NCBI GenBank assembly: GCA_963719225.1
Contig: CAVRAY010000001.1
Coordinates: 2,208,001-2,272,000, forward strand
Direction: 5' to 3'
DNA: 64,000 nt
DNA from: Thermoanaerobaculia bacterium
Lineage (GTDB): Bacteria > Acidobacteriota > Thermoanaerobaculia > UBA5066
Shown here: in pieces, positions 45,316 through 57,394 of the stretch
Numbering within the stretch: position 1 is the stretch's first letter
How the letters are laid out: each line of letters opens with the position of its first letter
Notes under the pieces: model-generated
Told to the model about the DNA's origin: nothing
Database searches by the model: none
What the model saw: the letters and a program-made list of their open reading frames with translations, nothing else
Program-made: the position numbers and the translations under genes

Positions 45316-46926
45316 TCAGACGGGCGCGAGCTCCTCGTGGCGCGCAAGCTCGAGCGGCCTCTCCTGCGACGCGAGATAGGCCCTGTGATCGTGGGACATG
45401 CTTCCGGCGGGCAGGAACGGGAACAGGGATCCCAGGTCCCGGCTCACCTGGCGCGCGTAGAAATCAGGCAGCTCGTCCGTCTCCTGGGCGAAGTAGCGCT
45501 GCACCTGGGCGTCCGTGTCCAGTCTCTTCCGCACTTCCGTGTAGTACTTGATCCGGCCGGAGCCTTCCGAGGAGAGCGCGCGCACGACGTTCATCCAGCG
45601 TGGAATCACGGCCTTCGTGGCGGCAAAACGCTTGACGATCTTCTTCCACGAAAACGTATACCTGGTCAGGTCGATCACGTGGTCGTAGAAGTCCGTCCAC
45701 GCGTAGTTCTGGGGCCGCACGTTCATCGCGTGGTTGTTGTCGAGGAAGTGGAACGGGAACGGGAGCACGCGGTTCGCGCGCTGATATTCGAGATTGAGCG
45801 GCGCCGCGCGCCCGAAGGCCGAGAGCAGCGAATAGCCGGGGAACGCGCCCGGGGTCAGGTCGATGAACCGCTTCGTGAGCTCGAACGGCTCGGCGCCCGA
45901 CTCGCCGTCGAGGCCGAGGACGAAATTTGTCTGGACGTACGGCATGTAACGCAGGATCAGGTTGACGTGGTCGGACACTTCCCGGACCTTCTCGATCCCC
46001 GTCCTCCGGCCCGTCATCGACTTGTTGCCGAGCTCGTACCAGGATTCGACTCCCGGCAGGAGGGCCTTGAACCCGTTCCGGCGGAGCCGTTTCAGGTGGG
46101 GCTCGGAAAGCAGGGACAGGCTGCTCTCCGCGATCGAGGTGATGCTCCCGGGCGGGACCGCGTCCTCGATCACGTTGAGGAACTGGTCGAACCGGACGCC
46201 GAAGTTCGGGTCGTGCCAGCCGACGATCGGCTTCCTGACTTTCTGGACGATGAAACGCAGGTCTTCTCGAAGGACGTCGAGATCCAGCGGCTGATAGGGC
46301 ACGACGGAGTCGATACAGAAGCTGCAGGTGTAGGGACAGCCGAGACTGCCCAGGATCGGGATCATCTTCATCAGGGGCGACTTCCGGAGAGTCGGCTCGA
46401 TGAACTTCCACCGCTCCCGAACGCCGGGCAGCGCGAGCGGCTGGCGCGGGGCCTGGAGGTGGAGACCCAGCGGGCGGTGGCTCGCGCAGTCCCGAAGAAG
46501 GTCCTCGATCAGCGCCTCGTCCGTGAAGCCGAGAACGTAGTCGAAATACCGGCGCGCGTCTTCCGGATAGCAGCGGGCGTGCGGCCCGCCGAGGGCCGTC
46601 ACGGCGCCCTTCGACCGGAAGAGGTTGCTCAGCGCGTAGGCGAGAAACGCCGCCTCCGTGAAGGCGCAGATGAAAACGACATCGACACTGCCCGGCAGCT
46701 CGTCCTCGAGGTTCTCGAGGCCCGTGTAGCACACGTAGGTGACCTCGTGCCCTCGCGCCTCGCACCAGACGCCCACGATCTGCGGCATGATGCTCGCGAG
46801 ATTCGCGTTCATCACCCGGGCGTACAGGGCGTCGGTGGGTCCCTTCGCGACGAGATCGACGACGCCTACTCGGAGCTTCTTCACCCCGTACAGGCTATCA
46901 GGTCGCGACTGAGAATCGTTAATCAC
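45316..46926 (-). CDS. B12-binding-type radical SAM protein
   Basis: LGGPHA, GCPYTCSFC, GVES. Confidence 0.85.
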   Translation of the reverse strand: MINDSQSRPDSLYGVKKLRVGVVDLVAKGPTDALYARVMNANLASIMPQIVGVWCEARGHEVTYVCYTGLENLEDELPGSVDVVFICAFTEAAFLAYALSNLFRSKGAVTALGGPHARCYPEDARRYFDYVLGFTDEALIEDLLRDCASHRPLGLHLQAPRQPLALPGVRERWKFIEPTLRKSPLMKMIPILGSLGCPYTCSFCIDSVVPYQPLDLDVLREDLRFIVQKVRKPIVGWHDPNFGVRFDQFLNVIEDAVPPGSITSIAESSLSLLSEPHLKRLRRNGFKALLPGVESWYELGNKSMTGRRTGIEKVREVSDHVNLILRYMPYVQTNFVLGLDGESGAEPFELTKRFIDLTPGAFPGYSLLSAFGRAAPLNLEYQRANRVLPFPFHFLDNNHAMNVRPQNYAWTDFYDHVIDLTRYTFSWKKIVKRFAATKAVIPRWMNVVRALSSEGSGRIKYYTEVRKRLDTDAQVQRYFAQETDELPDFYARQVSRDLGSLFPFLPAGSMSHDHRAYLASQERPLELARHEELAPV

Positions 46927-47034
46927 GGTTGACCGTCATCGGACGGAGTGATCTCATCCGGCCCAGATCGGAGTCAACAGCCGGGTCCTTTCCACAATGA
47001 CGTCAAGGCCGAAAACGGCCGGAGGAGTGCGGTC

Positions 47035-48375
47035 ATGAAAAGGAAGCAGCCCCGCGGAATCACGCGTCGAACTTTCACGAAGCTGGCGGGCGGCGGAGCC
47101 CTCGCCGCCGGAGCCCTCGGGCCGGCATTCCTGTTTCCCGAGCGCGCGGAAGCCCAGCAGAAAACGCTCAAGATCCTCCAGTGGAGCCATTTCGTCCCCG
47201 CCTGGGACACGTGGTTCAACGGCACCTACACGAAGGAGTGGGGCCTGAAGAACAACACGAACGTCGTCGTGGACAACATCAACCTCGTGGACCTCGGGGC
47301 GCGTGCCGCGTCCGAGGTTTCGGCGAAGAAGGGCCACGACCTCTTCATGTTCCTGTCGCCGCCCGCGGCGTACGAGTCCTCGGTCATCGACATGTCGAAC
47401 GTGTACAAGGAGGTCGAGAAAAAGCACGGGAAGAAGATCGACCTGGCCCACAAGTCCACTTACAACCCGAAGACGAAGAAGTACTTCGCGTTTTCCGACG
47501 CCTACACGCCCGATCCGGGCAACTGGCACAAGGACTGGTGGACCGAAGCGGGATACCCGAACGGACCGGACACCTACGACGACCTCCTGAAGGGCGCCAA
47601 GAAGATCCGGGACAAGAACGGTCACCCGTGCGGCGTCGGACTCTCGCAGGAGCTCGACTCGAGCATGGCGCTGCGCGCCCTGCTCTGGTCCTTCGGCGGC
47701 GCCGAGCAGGACGAGGCCGGCAACGTCACCATCAACTCGAAGCAGACGGTCGAAGCCCTGAAGTACATGAAGGAGCTCTACACGCAGACGGAGACGGCCG
47801 AGGTCTTCACCTGGACGCCTCCCTCGAACAACCAGGCGATGCTCGCGGGCAGGGTCTCGTACGTCGCGAACGCGATCTCGGTCACGCGCCAGTCGGAGAG
47901 GGAGAAGCTGCCGATCGACGGCAAGATCATGGTCAGCCCCGCCCTGAAGGGCCCCGTCCGGCGCCTCGCGGCCGAGCACGTCATGAACTGCCACGTGATC
48001 TGGGAATTCGCGGAGAACAAGGAAGGCGCGCAGAAATTCCTGATCGATTTCATGGACCACTTCCACGAGGGCTTCGTCGCCGGTCAGTTCTACAACTTCC
48101 CCTGCTTCCCCTCGACGGTTCCGGACCTGAAGAAAGAGATCGCGAACGATCCGCGGGCGAATCCTCCGGACAAGTACAAGGTCCTCGGAAACGTCCTCGA
48201 CTGGGCGACGAACGTCGGCTATCCGGGCTACGCGACGGCCGGCATCGCCGAGGCGTTCTCGACCTGGGTCATCCCGACCATGTTCGCGAAGGTCGCACGC
48301 GGCGACGAGTCCGCCGAGGACGCCGCGAAGGCGGCCGAGACAGAGTACAAGCGCATCTTCGCGCGATGGAAGTAG
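47035..48375 (+). CDS. Carbohydrate ABC transporter substrate-binding protein (Tat signal)
   Basis: TRRTF twin-arginine; WSHFVP; followed by ATPase and permeases. Confidence 0.88.
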   Translation: MKRKQPRGITRRTFTKLAGGGALAAGALGPAFLFPERAEAQQKTLKILQWSHFVPAWDTWFNGTYTKEWGLKNNTNVVVDNINLVDLGARAASEVSAKKGHDLFMFLSPPAAYESSVIDMSNVYKEVEKKHGKKIDLAHKSTYNPKTKKYFAFSDAYTPDPGNWHKDWWTEAGYPNGPDTYDDLLKGAKKIRDKNGHPCGVGLSQELDSSMALRALLWSFGGAEQDEAGNVTINSKQTVEALKYMKELYTQTETAEVFTWTPPSNNQAMLAGRVSYVANAISVTRQSEREKLPIDGKIMVSPALKGPVRRLAAEHVMNCHVIWEFAENKEGAQKFLIDFMDHFHEGFVAGQFYNFPCFPSTVPDLKKEIANDPRANPPDKYKVLGNVLDWATNVGYPGYATAGIAEAFSTWVIPTMFAKVARGDESAEDAAKAAETEYKRIFARWK

Positions 48376-48387
48376 CGCGGGCGCTCG

Positions 48388-49472
<1,085 letters not shown>

Positions 49473-49476
<4 letters not shown>

Positions 49477-50381
49477 GCCGGACGAGCGGGACCTCGACGA
49501 GCGCCGGCCAGACCCCGACCCTGGCGATCGCCATGTTCGCGCCCGCCGTCATCTTCATCGTGCTCCTGATCGGGGTGCCGTTCGTCCTCGCCGTCCTCTA
49601 TGCCTTCAGCGACGCGCGCATCGGCAGCACGGGCTTTCATTTCGTCGGCCTCGAGAATTTCCGGAGCATCCTGCAGAGCCCGGGGTTCCGGAAGGCGATC
49701 CGGAACTCCATCGTGTTCACGCTGTGCGCCCAGGCGATCGTGATCGTGTGCTCGAACATCCTCGCGATGGCTCTCGAGAAGCCGTTCCGCGGCCGCGGCC
49801 TCGTCCGTTTCCTGATCCTGCTGCCGTGGGTCGCGCCGGTGTCGCTCGGCACGATCGGCTGGAAGTGGATCCTGGATTCCATCTACAGCGTGTTCACGTG
49901 GGTGCTCGTGGCGCTGCACGTCTACAAGCCGTACGAGACCCCGATGTGGCTCGGCGAGCCGCAGCTCGCGATGGCCTCCGTCGTCCTCGTGCACTGCTGG
50001 CGGCTGATCCCGTTCTCCACCGTGATCATGCTGGCGGGGCGCTCGGCCATTCCCCGGGAGATCCCGGAGGCCGCCGCGATCGACGGTGCGGGTTTCTGGC
50101 GCACGCTCTTCCAGATCAACCTCCCGATGATGGCGCCGATCCTGAGCGTGGCGGTGCTCTTCGGGATCATCTTCACGTTCACGGACATGACGGTCGTCTA
50201 CATCCTGACGGCGGGCGGGCCCTTCGACTCGACCCAGACGCTCCCTTCCCTCGCGTTCGCGACGGGGATCGCAGGCAGCGACCTGGCGGCGGGCGCCGCG
50301 ATCTCGCTCTTCCTCGTGCCGGTCCTGGTCGCGGTCGCCTATCTCATGCTGCGCGTCGCTCACCGCGCCGAGGTGGTCTGA
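49473..50381 (+). CDS. Sugar ABC permease
   Basis: EAAAIDGA loop. Confidence 0.9.
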
Positions 50382-51229
50382 TGGAACGCAGCAAGCTTCG
50401 CAAGGCCGGAGCGAGGGCGCTCCACGTTTTCGTGCTGGCCTTCTTCGTCGTCGCCCTCGCGTTCCCGTTCTTCTGGATGGTCATCGCGACGTTCAAGCAG
50501 AACATCGACCTCTACGCGGTCGAGAACAACCCCTTCATCTTCAACATGCCGCCGACGCTCGAGCACCTGAGGTTCCTGTTCGCGGAGACGCGGTTCATGC
50601 GCTGGCTCGGGAACACCGCGCTCGTGGGTGTCCTCGTCGTCGCGATCACGCTTCTTCTGGCCGTGCCGGCGGCGTACGCGCTCGCGCGTCTCGCGGGACG
50701 GTGGGGCGAGCGGCTCGGGATCGCGATCTTCCTGACGTACCTGATCCCGCCGACGCTGCTCTTCATCCCGCTCTCTCGCGTCGTCGCGCTGCTGGGACTG
50801 CAGGACAGCATCTTCTCGGTCGTCCTCGTCTACCCGAGCATGACGATCCCGTTCTCCATCTGGCTCCTCATGGGCTTTTTCAAGTCCATTCCGAAGGAGC
50901 TCGAGGACGCGGCCATGGTGGACGGCCTGTCCCGCTTCGGCGCCTTCCTGCGCATGGTCGTACCGATCTCGGTCTCCGGGATCCTGACCGTCGTCATTTT
51001 CAGCTTCACTCTCGTGACGCAGGAGTTCGTCTACGCGCTGACGTTCATCTCCCCGGAGAGGAACCAGATGGTCGGCGTCGGGATCCCGATCTACCTCGTG
51101 CGCGGCGACGTCTACTACTGGGGATCCCTGATGGCGGCCTGCCTCGTCGCGAGTCTCCCGATCGCCGTCGTGTACAACCTCTTCCTGGACCGCTTCATCG
51201 CTGGGTTCACGGTCGGCGCTGTCAAGTAG
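50381..51229 (+). CDS. Sugar ABC permease
   Basis: IPKELEDAAMVDG loop. Confidence 0.9.
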   Translation: MERSKLRKAGARALHVFVLAFFVVALAFPFFWMVIATFKQNIDLYAVENNPFIFNMPPTLEHLRFLFAETRFMRWLGNTALVGVLVVAITLLLAVPAAYALARLAGRWGERLGIAIFLTYLIPPTLLFIPLSRVVALLGLQDSIFSVVLVYPSMTIPFSIWLLMGFFKSIPKELEDAAMVDGLSRFGAFLRMVVPISVSGILTVVIFSFTLVTQEFVYALTFISPERNQMVGVGIPIYLVRGDVYYWGSLMAACLVASLPIAVVYNLFLDRFIAGFTVGAVK

Positions 51230-51331
51230 GGATGCAAACGCATCCCTTGACCGGCTTTCCCGCCGCGCCCTACGTATTTGAGGGATCCCGCAAAAAGGCG
51301 GCCTCTTCGCCGCGGAAATGCGAGGTTTGTC

Positions 51332-51757
51332 ATGCCTAAAGGTCACTTCCGGCTGTTTGCCCTTCTCGGCGGGGGAATCGTCCTCGTCGTCGCGCTGGCC
51401 GGACTCTGGCGCGTCCAGAACCAGCCGGTCAACGCGACCTGGACCCCTGCACACCTGGCGCTGCCGCTTTCCACGACGGCGGACCGCATCGAGGTGCTCG
51501 TCGCCGACGTACCTCTTCAGAAAGCCGTCACGGACAAGCGCCTGATCATCTCGACGGATACGGGCCTGAAGCCCGTCCTCGAGGCCACGGTTCGCGTGAA
51601 CAACGCCGACCAGATTCTCGCGGCCCGCTTCACCCCGCTCCTCGTACTTTCGGCCGTGGCCGGCGGCGCATTCGTGCTCTTTCTCGTCGGCCTCTTCGCA
51701 CCGCGCATCGGGGCATTCCATCAGCACGGCCTCATCGACCTGCACCTGACGGCGTAA
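51332..51757 (+). CDS. Hypothetical two-TM protein
   Basis: GAGG RBS, good codon usage, two hydrophobic segments. Confidence 0.6.
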   Translation: MPKGHFRLFALLGGGIVLVVALAGLWRVQNQPVNATWTPAHLALPLSTTADRIEVLVADVPLQKAVTDKRLIISTDTGLKPVLEATVRVNNADQILAARFTPLLVLSAVAGGAFVLFLVGLFAPRIGAFHQHGLIDLHLTA

Positions 51758-51808
51758 GACGCCCTGGAGCTCGGGATTCGGCGGCCGGCCGCTCCCGCGG
51801 TCCGGCCG

Positions 51809-53635
51809 TTGGCTTATCGTGCGCCGGTGGACCGGAAGGCGCTCGTGTTTTCCCTGGCGATGGTGGCCGCCGTCTTCGTCGCCTATCTCCCCGCCCTCGA
51901 TGCGGGTTTCGTCTGGAACGACGACACGTACCTGACGGAAAACCGCACGCTCGACGCTCCCGACGGACTCCATCTGATCTGGACCGAGCCGAAGGCCAGC
52001 GAGCAGTACTACCCCATGGTCTTCACCTCGTTCTGGATCGAGAAGCGCCTCTGGTCGCTCCATCCGCTCGGCTATCACCTCGTCAACGTCCTTCTGCATG
52101 CCGGATCGGCTCTGCTGCTCTGGTGGCTCCTGCTTCGTCTCAGCCTGCCCGGCGCCTGGCTCGCCGCCGCCGTTTTCGCCCTGCACCCGGTGTGCGCCGA
52201 ATCCGTCGCCTGGGTCACCGAGCGCAAGAACACGCTCTCGCTGTTCCTGTCGCTCCTCGCGATGCACGCGTACCTGGCGTGGCGTGAAGAGAAGAAAGAA
52301 GAGAAGACCGAAGATTTTCTTAGAAAGGGTAAGAGGGGACGGGCGGCACAGCGCTCACCCGCGGCGCGGCCCTCATTCGCTGCGCGGCGCCGATCCTCTT
52401 CCTTCATCGGATTCCTCGGGTTCCTTCTCTTCGTCCTCGCTCTCCTCGCGAAGACGACCGCCGTCGTCGTCCCGGCCGTTCTCCTCGTCCTCGTGTGGTT
52501 CCGGCGCGGCAGGGTCGCCGGGAGGGACGTTGGGCCGCTCGTCCCGTGGTTCGCGGCCGGCATCGCGCTCGCCCTCCACACCGCCTGGCTCGAGAGGACG
52601 ATGGTGCAGGCGGCCGGACGCGAGTGGGCGCTCTCACTCGCACAGCGGATCGTCCTCGCGGGCCGCGTCCTTCTCTTCTATTCGAAGAAACTCTTCTTTC
52701 CGACCGATCTCTCCTTCTTCTACGAGCGATGGACCGTCGACGCGCGCCGGCTCCTCCAGTGGCTCCCGGCGCTCGCGGCTCTCATCGTCCTCGTGCTCGC
52801 GTGGCGCTTCCGCGCGCGCCTCGGCCGCGGGCCTCTCGCGTCCCTCCTCCTCTTCGGAGGCGTCCTCTTTCCCACGATGGGATTCTTCAACGTCTACGCG
52901 ATGCGCTATTCGTGGGTCGCGGATCACTTCGCCTATCAGGCCGCCGCCGTCCTCGCGGCCTGCGTCACGTGCGGGGCGGCCTCCTGGGTCGTTCTCCGAA
53001 ACCCGGCGGTGCGGCGGGCCTCGGCGGTCCTCGCCGTCGCGGTTCTCGCGGTCTTCGGAACGCTCACCTTTCGTCACAGCAGGAGCTTCCACGACCCCGA
53101 GACGCTCTGGAAGGACACGCTCGAACGAACCCCTTCCTGCTTCATGTGTCACACGAACTACGGCAACTGGCTCGTGGAGAACGGCCGCGAGGACGAGGCG
53201 GTCCTCCATTTCGAGAAGTCCCTGGCCCTCAAGGGGGACAACGTCCCCACGCTCCTCAATCTCGCGCGCATCGACGAAGGTCACGGCCGTCTGGACGCGG
53301 CGGCCGCCCGCCTTCGCGCGGCCGCGGCGATCGATCCCGCGGACACGGCGGTTCTGATCAACCTCGGGACCGTGAGCACGAAGGCGGGACGGCTGGACGA
53401 GGCCGTCGCGGCCTACGGAGAAGCCTTGCGGCTGGGCTCGTCCGAGGATTACCTCGCGCACAACGGCCTCGGTGTCGCGCTCATGCGGGGCGGGAGCCCG
53501 GGGAAGGCCGTGGAGCATTTTCGCGAGGCGCTCCGTCTCAGGCCCGACTACGAGTACGCCCGCGCGAATCTCGAGCGCGCTCTCGCCGTTTCGGGTGGGC
53601 CCGTCGCCGGGACTCCGCGCCCGCCGGGACGGTAG
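51809..53635 (+). CDS. TMTC-like GT-C membrane protein with C-terminal TPRs
   Basis: F.WNDD, YHLVNVLLH, HP...ESVAW..ERK, ADHF.Y, TPRs. Confidence 0.82.
   Translation: MAYRAPVDRKALVFSLAMVAAVFVAYLPALDAGFVWNDDTYLTENRTLDAPDGLHLIWTEPKASEQYYPMVFTSFWIEKRLWSLHPLGYHLVNVLLHAGSALLLWWLLLRLSLPGAWLAAAVFALHPVCAESVAWVTERKNTLSLFLSLLAMHAYLAWREEKKEEKTEDFLRKGKRGRAAQRSPAARPSFAARRRSSSFIGFLGFLLFVLALLAKTTAVVVPAVLLVLVWFRRGRVAGRDVGPLVPWFAAGIALALHTAWLERTMVQAAGREWALSLAQRIVLAGRVLLFYSKKLFFPTDLSFFYERWTVDARRLLQWLPALAALIVLVLAWRFRARLGRGPLASLLLFGGVLFPTMGFFNVYAMRYSWVADHFAYQAAAVLAACVTCGAASWVVLRNPAVRRASAVLAVAVLAVFGTLTFRHSRSFHDPETLWKDTLERTPSCFMCHTNYGNWLVENGREDEAVLHFEKSLALKGDNVPTLLNLARIDEGHGRLDAAAARLRAAAAIDPADTAVLINLGTVSTKAGRLDEAVAAYGEALRLGSSEDYLAHNGLGVALMRGGSPGKAVEHFREALRLRPDYEYARANLERALAVSGGPVAGTPRPPGR
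52310..52338 (-). repeat. Dispersed motif copy (intragenic)
   Basis: + strand GAAGATTTTCTTAGAAAGGGTAAGAGGGG. Confidence 0.8.
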
Positions 53636-53642
53636 AGATGCA

Positions 53643-56030
53643 TCACGAGGAGAGTCGTCGCACCTTCGGATAGTTCATCTTCCGGATCAGGTCGCCGAAA
53701 CGGGGGTCTCCCCGGAACGCGTCGAAGAGCGGGTTGACGTTCAGCTCGTCCATGATCCAGGCTCTGTCCTCGAATGAGCGCTCGAGCCAGGCGAACGCGT
53801 TGTCCCGGTCTCCGAGGCCCGCATAGATGATCGCGATCTGCGTAGGCGGCAGGAACTGCGCCTTGCGCTTCTCGAGCAGCTTCGCGAGCACTTTTCGCGC
53901 CTCTTCCTTTCGTCCGGCGAGGCCGTACGTGAGTCCGAGCGCGAAGTTGGCGCCCGGATCCGGCACCTTGCGCGAAAGGAAGACCGCGATCGCCTCGTCG
54001 TAGCGCTTCAGCGTCGTGAGGGTGACGGCCAGCTCGAATTTCGCGAAGACCGAATCAGGCCGACCGGCGAGAACCTTCCGGAAATGCTGCACCGCCTCTT
54101 CGAGCCGGCGGGCGAACTGGAGGCGCACGCCGCTGTAGACGGCGACTTCCTCGGAGAGCGGGTCCAGCTCCTCGGCGATCCGCGCCTCCCGGATCGCTTC
54201 TTCGTGGCGGGAGAGGATGGACATGAGGTACGAGGCCTCCGTATGGACGGCGGCCGAGCCGGGCGAAAGCTCGAGGGCTCGCCGCGTGTCCTGCTCGGCT
54301 CCGGCCCAGTCGAAGTCGCAAGAACGCCGAAGGCCCGCGAGAAGCGCGACGGCATCCCCCTGCTTTGGATCGAGCTGGATGGCGCGCTCCGCTTCGGCGC
54401 GCGCCTCCGCGCACGCTTCGGAAAGGGGCCGGTACCCCGCGAAGCCGCCCCACTGGAGCCCTTCGGCGAGGCGCGTGTGCGCGAGGGGGAACCCCGGGTC
54501 CGCCTCGACCGCCTTTCGGAAGAGCTCGACGCCCTTCTCGATCCCCTGGCGCTGCGTCAGCGACTGGGTGATCGCGTACGTGCCGAGGAGGACGAGCCTG
54601 TGCGCTTCCGGGTCGACCGGACGGCCCGCGCCCAGGCGCCCGGCTTCTTCCGGGCTCACGGCCACCCGCACCTCGCGCGCGATGGCCATCGCGACTTCGC
54701 TCTGGAGGGCGAGGACGTTTCGCGCGTCGCGCGTGTAGCTCTCGGCCCAGAGGTGCCGGTCCGAATCCGCATCGATGAGCTGCACCGTGATGCGCACGTT
54801 TCCGCCGTCCCTCAGCACGGAGCCCTCGACGACTCCCCGCACGCCGAGCGCACGTGCGATCTCGGGAAGCGATTTCGTGGCGTTCTTGTACGGCATCACG
54901 GACGTCCGCGAGATCACCTTCAGCGCCCGAATCCGCGAGAGCTCGGTGATCACGGCCTCGGTCATTCCGTCCGCGAAGTATTCCTGCTCGGGGTCCTTCG
55001 AGAGGTTCGCGAGCGGCAGGACCGCGAGGGAGTCGATCCGCGACCCCTTCGACCAGCGGCTCCGCAGCTTGCCGACGTCCGCGGCGAAGAGAAGAGCGAG
55101 CACGGCGATTGCTCCCGCGAGGGTCGCGGCGACCGGGAATCCGCGCGTGCGCGCCGCCGGCCGTGCGGCGGGCACGACGGTGGACATTCCGGTCTGCAGA
55201 CGCTCGAGGCCGGACTTCAGCTCCGCGGCCGTCGCATAGCGCATTTCCGGGTTCTTCCGCAGGCAGGTCCGGAGGATCTCCTTGAGGCCTTCCGAAGCCG
55301 GGGCTTTTCCGGAGAAATCCGGATCGGCGTGAAGGATCGCGTCCGTGAGGCGCGCCGGAACGTCTTCGCGGAAAGGCCGGCTCCCGGTCGCCATCTCGCA
55401 GAGCACGACTCCGGCGGCCCAGATGTCCGTCCGGCCGTCCACCCGCTCGGCGCGAAGCTGCTCGGGCGCCATGTACGGAAGCGTTCCGGCGACCTCTTTC
55501 TTCGTCGAGGTGAACGTCTCCATCGCCGAGGCCTCGCCCGCGGGTGTGAGCCTGAGCTTCGCGATTCCGAAGTCGAGGATCTTGAGGTCGCCGCCCTTCG
55601 TCAGCTTCAGGTTCGCCGGCTTGAGATCGCAATGGATGACGCCCTCGGCGTGCGCCGCCGCGAGGCCGTCGGCGAGCTGCGCGCCGAGCCGGAGCACTTC
55701 CCCTTCGAAGAGCGGCCCCTCACGAAGCCTGTCGGAGAGAGCGGCCCCTTCGACGAGCTCCATGACGAGCGCGTCGACTCCCCCGGCGTCGATCACGTCG
55801 TAGATGTGGGCCACGTTCCGGTGCTTGAGCTTCGCGAGGACGAGAGCTTCCTTGTGAAAACGCGCCCGCGCGGCCTCGTCCGAAAGGAGCGAAGACGAAA
55901 GCACCTTGATGGCGACCTCGCGTTGTAGCCGCGTGTCGCGCGCGCGGTAGACCTGGCCCATCCCGCCGGAGCCGAGGGGGCCCAGGATTTCGTACGGTCC
56001 CAGACGTGATCCCGGTTCCAGATCCGCCAC
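53643..56030 (-). CDS. Hanks-type Ser/Thr kinase with TolB-like and TPR domains
   Basis: LGSGGMG, VAIK, HCDLKPAN, DFG, YMAPE, SLAVLPL. Confidence 0.93.
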   Translation of the reverse strand: MADLEPGSRLGPYEILGPLGSGGMGQVYRARDTRLQREVAIKVLSSSLLSDEAARARFHKEALVLAKLKHRNVAHIYDVIDAGGVDALVMELVEGAALSDRLREGPLFEGEVLRLGAQLADGLAAAHAEGVIHCDLKPANLKLTKGGDLKILDFGIAKLRLTPAGEASAMETFTSTKKEVAGTLPYMAPEQLRAERVDGRTDIWAAGVVLCEMATGSRPFREDVPARLTDAILHADPDFSGKAPASEGLKEILRTCLRKNPEMRYATAAELKSGLERLQTGMSTVVPAARPAARTRGFPVAATLAGAIAVLALLFAADVGKLRSRWSKGSRIDSLAVLPLANLSKDPEQEYFADGMTEAVITELSRIRALKVISRTSVMPYKNATKSLPEIARALGVRGVVEGSVLRDGGNVRITVQLIDADSDRHLWAESYTRDARNVLALQSEVAMAIAREVRVAVSPEEAGRLGAGRPVDPEAHRLVLLGTYAITQSLTQRQGIEKGVELFRKAVEADPGFPLAHTRLAEGLQWGGFAGYRPLSEACAEARAEAERAIQLDPKQGDAVALLAGLRRSCDFDWAGAEQDTRRALELSPGSAAVHTEASYLMSILSRHEEAIREARIAEELDPLSEEVAVYSGVRLQFARRLEEAVQHFRKVLAGRPDSVFAKFELAVTLTTLKRYDEAIAVFLSRKVPDPGANFALGLTYGLAGRKEEARKVLAKLLEKRKAQFLPPTQIAIIYAGLGDRDNAFAWLERSFEDRAWIMDELNVNPLFDAFRGDPRFGDLIRKMNYPKVRRLSS

Positions 56031-56114
56031 GCCCCGCTCCCTTACCCGCTCGTCGAGGGCGGTTTCAGTATAGGGCGCTCCCCATCACCGTCGGATTATC
56101 GCCACCGTCGTCGG

Positions 56115-56813
56115 TCACCTGGGCGTGAACTGCGAGAGCTCGTGGATCCCGAGCTGTCTCTCGAGCACCGCGACTTGCTCGACCGTCTTCTCGAATCCCT
56201 CGTCGCCGAAGAGGCGGTCCTCTTCCTTCTCGAACTGGTCGCCCAGCTCCTCGAGCCGCTTGGCTGAAAGGATCCGGTGGAGCTCGGGGAAGAGCACGGT
56301 GTCTTCGCGAGCCTCGTGCGGCCGGTACATGCGAATGAACGCGCGACACGCCGCCGCCAGCTCCTTGCGCGCGGCCTCCTTGCGGAATCGATCCGGCACG
56401 GCGTTTCGCAGCACGACGTCCGTGACCCTACGGCCGGCCTCGTGCTGCTCGCGCAGGACCTTCACGAGATCCAGGAGCTTCTTCCTCTTCTCGAACTCCG
56501 GAAAGATGAAATTCTCCTCGAGCCTCTCGTGGTAGTCCTCGACGAACTTCCGCACGAGGAGAGCGGGCTTGTGAAAGACGTCGGGCGTGAGGTCGCTTTC
56601 CTTCCGCCGCAGCCCCTCCTCGAAGATGAGGAGAATTCGGTTCAGAGCCCCGTGCTCGCGCATGAGATCCTCGGCGGCCGAGACCTCCTCCTTCTGCTCA
56701 TCTTTCTTCTTCTCATCGTTCTTCTGATCCGCCCGCGCACCGGCCGGGAGGACGAGCTGCCCGAGGCCGAGCACGGCCGTGGCGGCGAGAAAACGTCGGC
56801 GGTCGTCGTTCAT
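56115..56813 (-). CDS. Hemerythrin-like domain protein with Tat signal
   Basis: RRRFL; EH, YHE..EE, H, PHEAREDTVLFP. Confidence 0.8.
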   Translation of the reverse strand: MNDDRRRFLAATAVLGLGQLVLPAGARADQKNDEKKKDEQKEEVSAAEDLMREHGALNRILLIFEEGLRRKESDLTPDVFHKPALLVRKFVEDYHERLEENFIFPEFEKRKKLLDLVKVLREQHEAGRRVTDVVLRNAVPDRFRKEAARKELAAACRAFIRMYRPHEAREDTVLFPELHRILSAKRLEELGDQFEKEEDRLFGDEGFEKTVEQVAVLERQLGIHELSQFTPR

Positions 56814-56920
56814 GAAGGTTTTTGGCTGCAATCGATGCGCCAGGGCGATACCTGCACGGTTTACAGATCGCCGCCGATTCCCTCGAGGGTGCATGATCTC
56901 AGCCGCTTGGAGGGCTCCGG

Positions 56921-57379
56921 ATGTTCGAAATGCGACCGATCGGGCGCGTGAAGAGCGCGTTCCAGGACACGCGGGAGATCCCCAAGGGATGCGGAGCGAA
57001 GCACGAGGCCGACGGCGTGATCGAGATCGATCCCGAGCTCGAGCCGGGGCTCACCGACATCGAAGGCTTCTCCCACCTCTTCGTCATCTGGGTCTTCGAT
57101 CGCTCGGGAGGCCCGGAGCTCCTCGCTTCGCCTCCGAGCGACGACCGGCCGCACGGCGTCTTCGCGACGCGATCTCCGCAACGTCCGAACCCGATCGGCC
57201 TCACCGTCGTCGAGCTGCTCGGCCGCGACGGCCCGCGACTGCACGTCCGTGGCGTGGACATGCTCGACGGCACGCCGGTCCTCGATCTCAAGCCCTATCT
57301 GTCGAGCATCCCCCAGGAGGCGCTGCGGCGCGGCTGGCTGGCGGAGGCGGAAGCGCGGAATCGCGCGCGGAACGGTTGA
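56921..57379 (+). CDS. tsaA: tRNA (t6A37) methyltransferase TrmO/TsaA family
   Basis: GVFATRSP.RPNPIGL, DGTPVLDLKPY. Confidence 0.88.
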   Translation: MFEMRPIGRVKSAFQDTREIPKGCGAKHEADGVIEIDPELEPGLTDIEGFSHLFVIWVFDRSGGPELLASPPSDDRPHGVFATRSPQRPNPIGLTVVELLGRDGPRLHVRGVDMLDGTPVLDLKPYLSSIPQEALRRGWLAEAEARNRARNG

Positions 57380-57394
57380 CGGCTGCGCGTTCGC

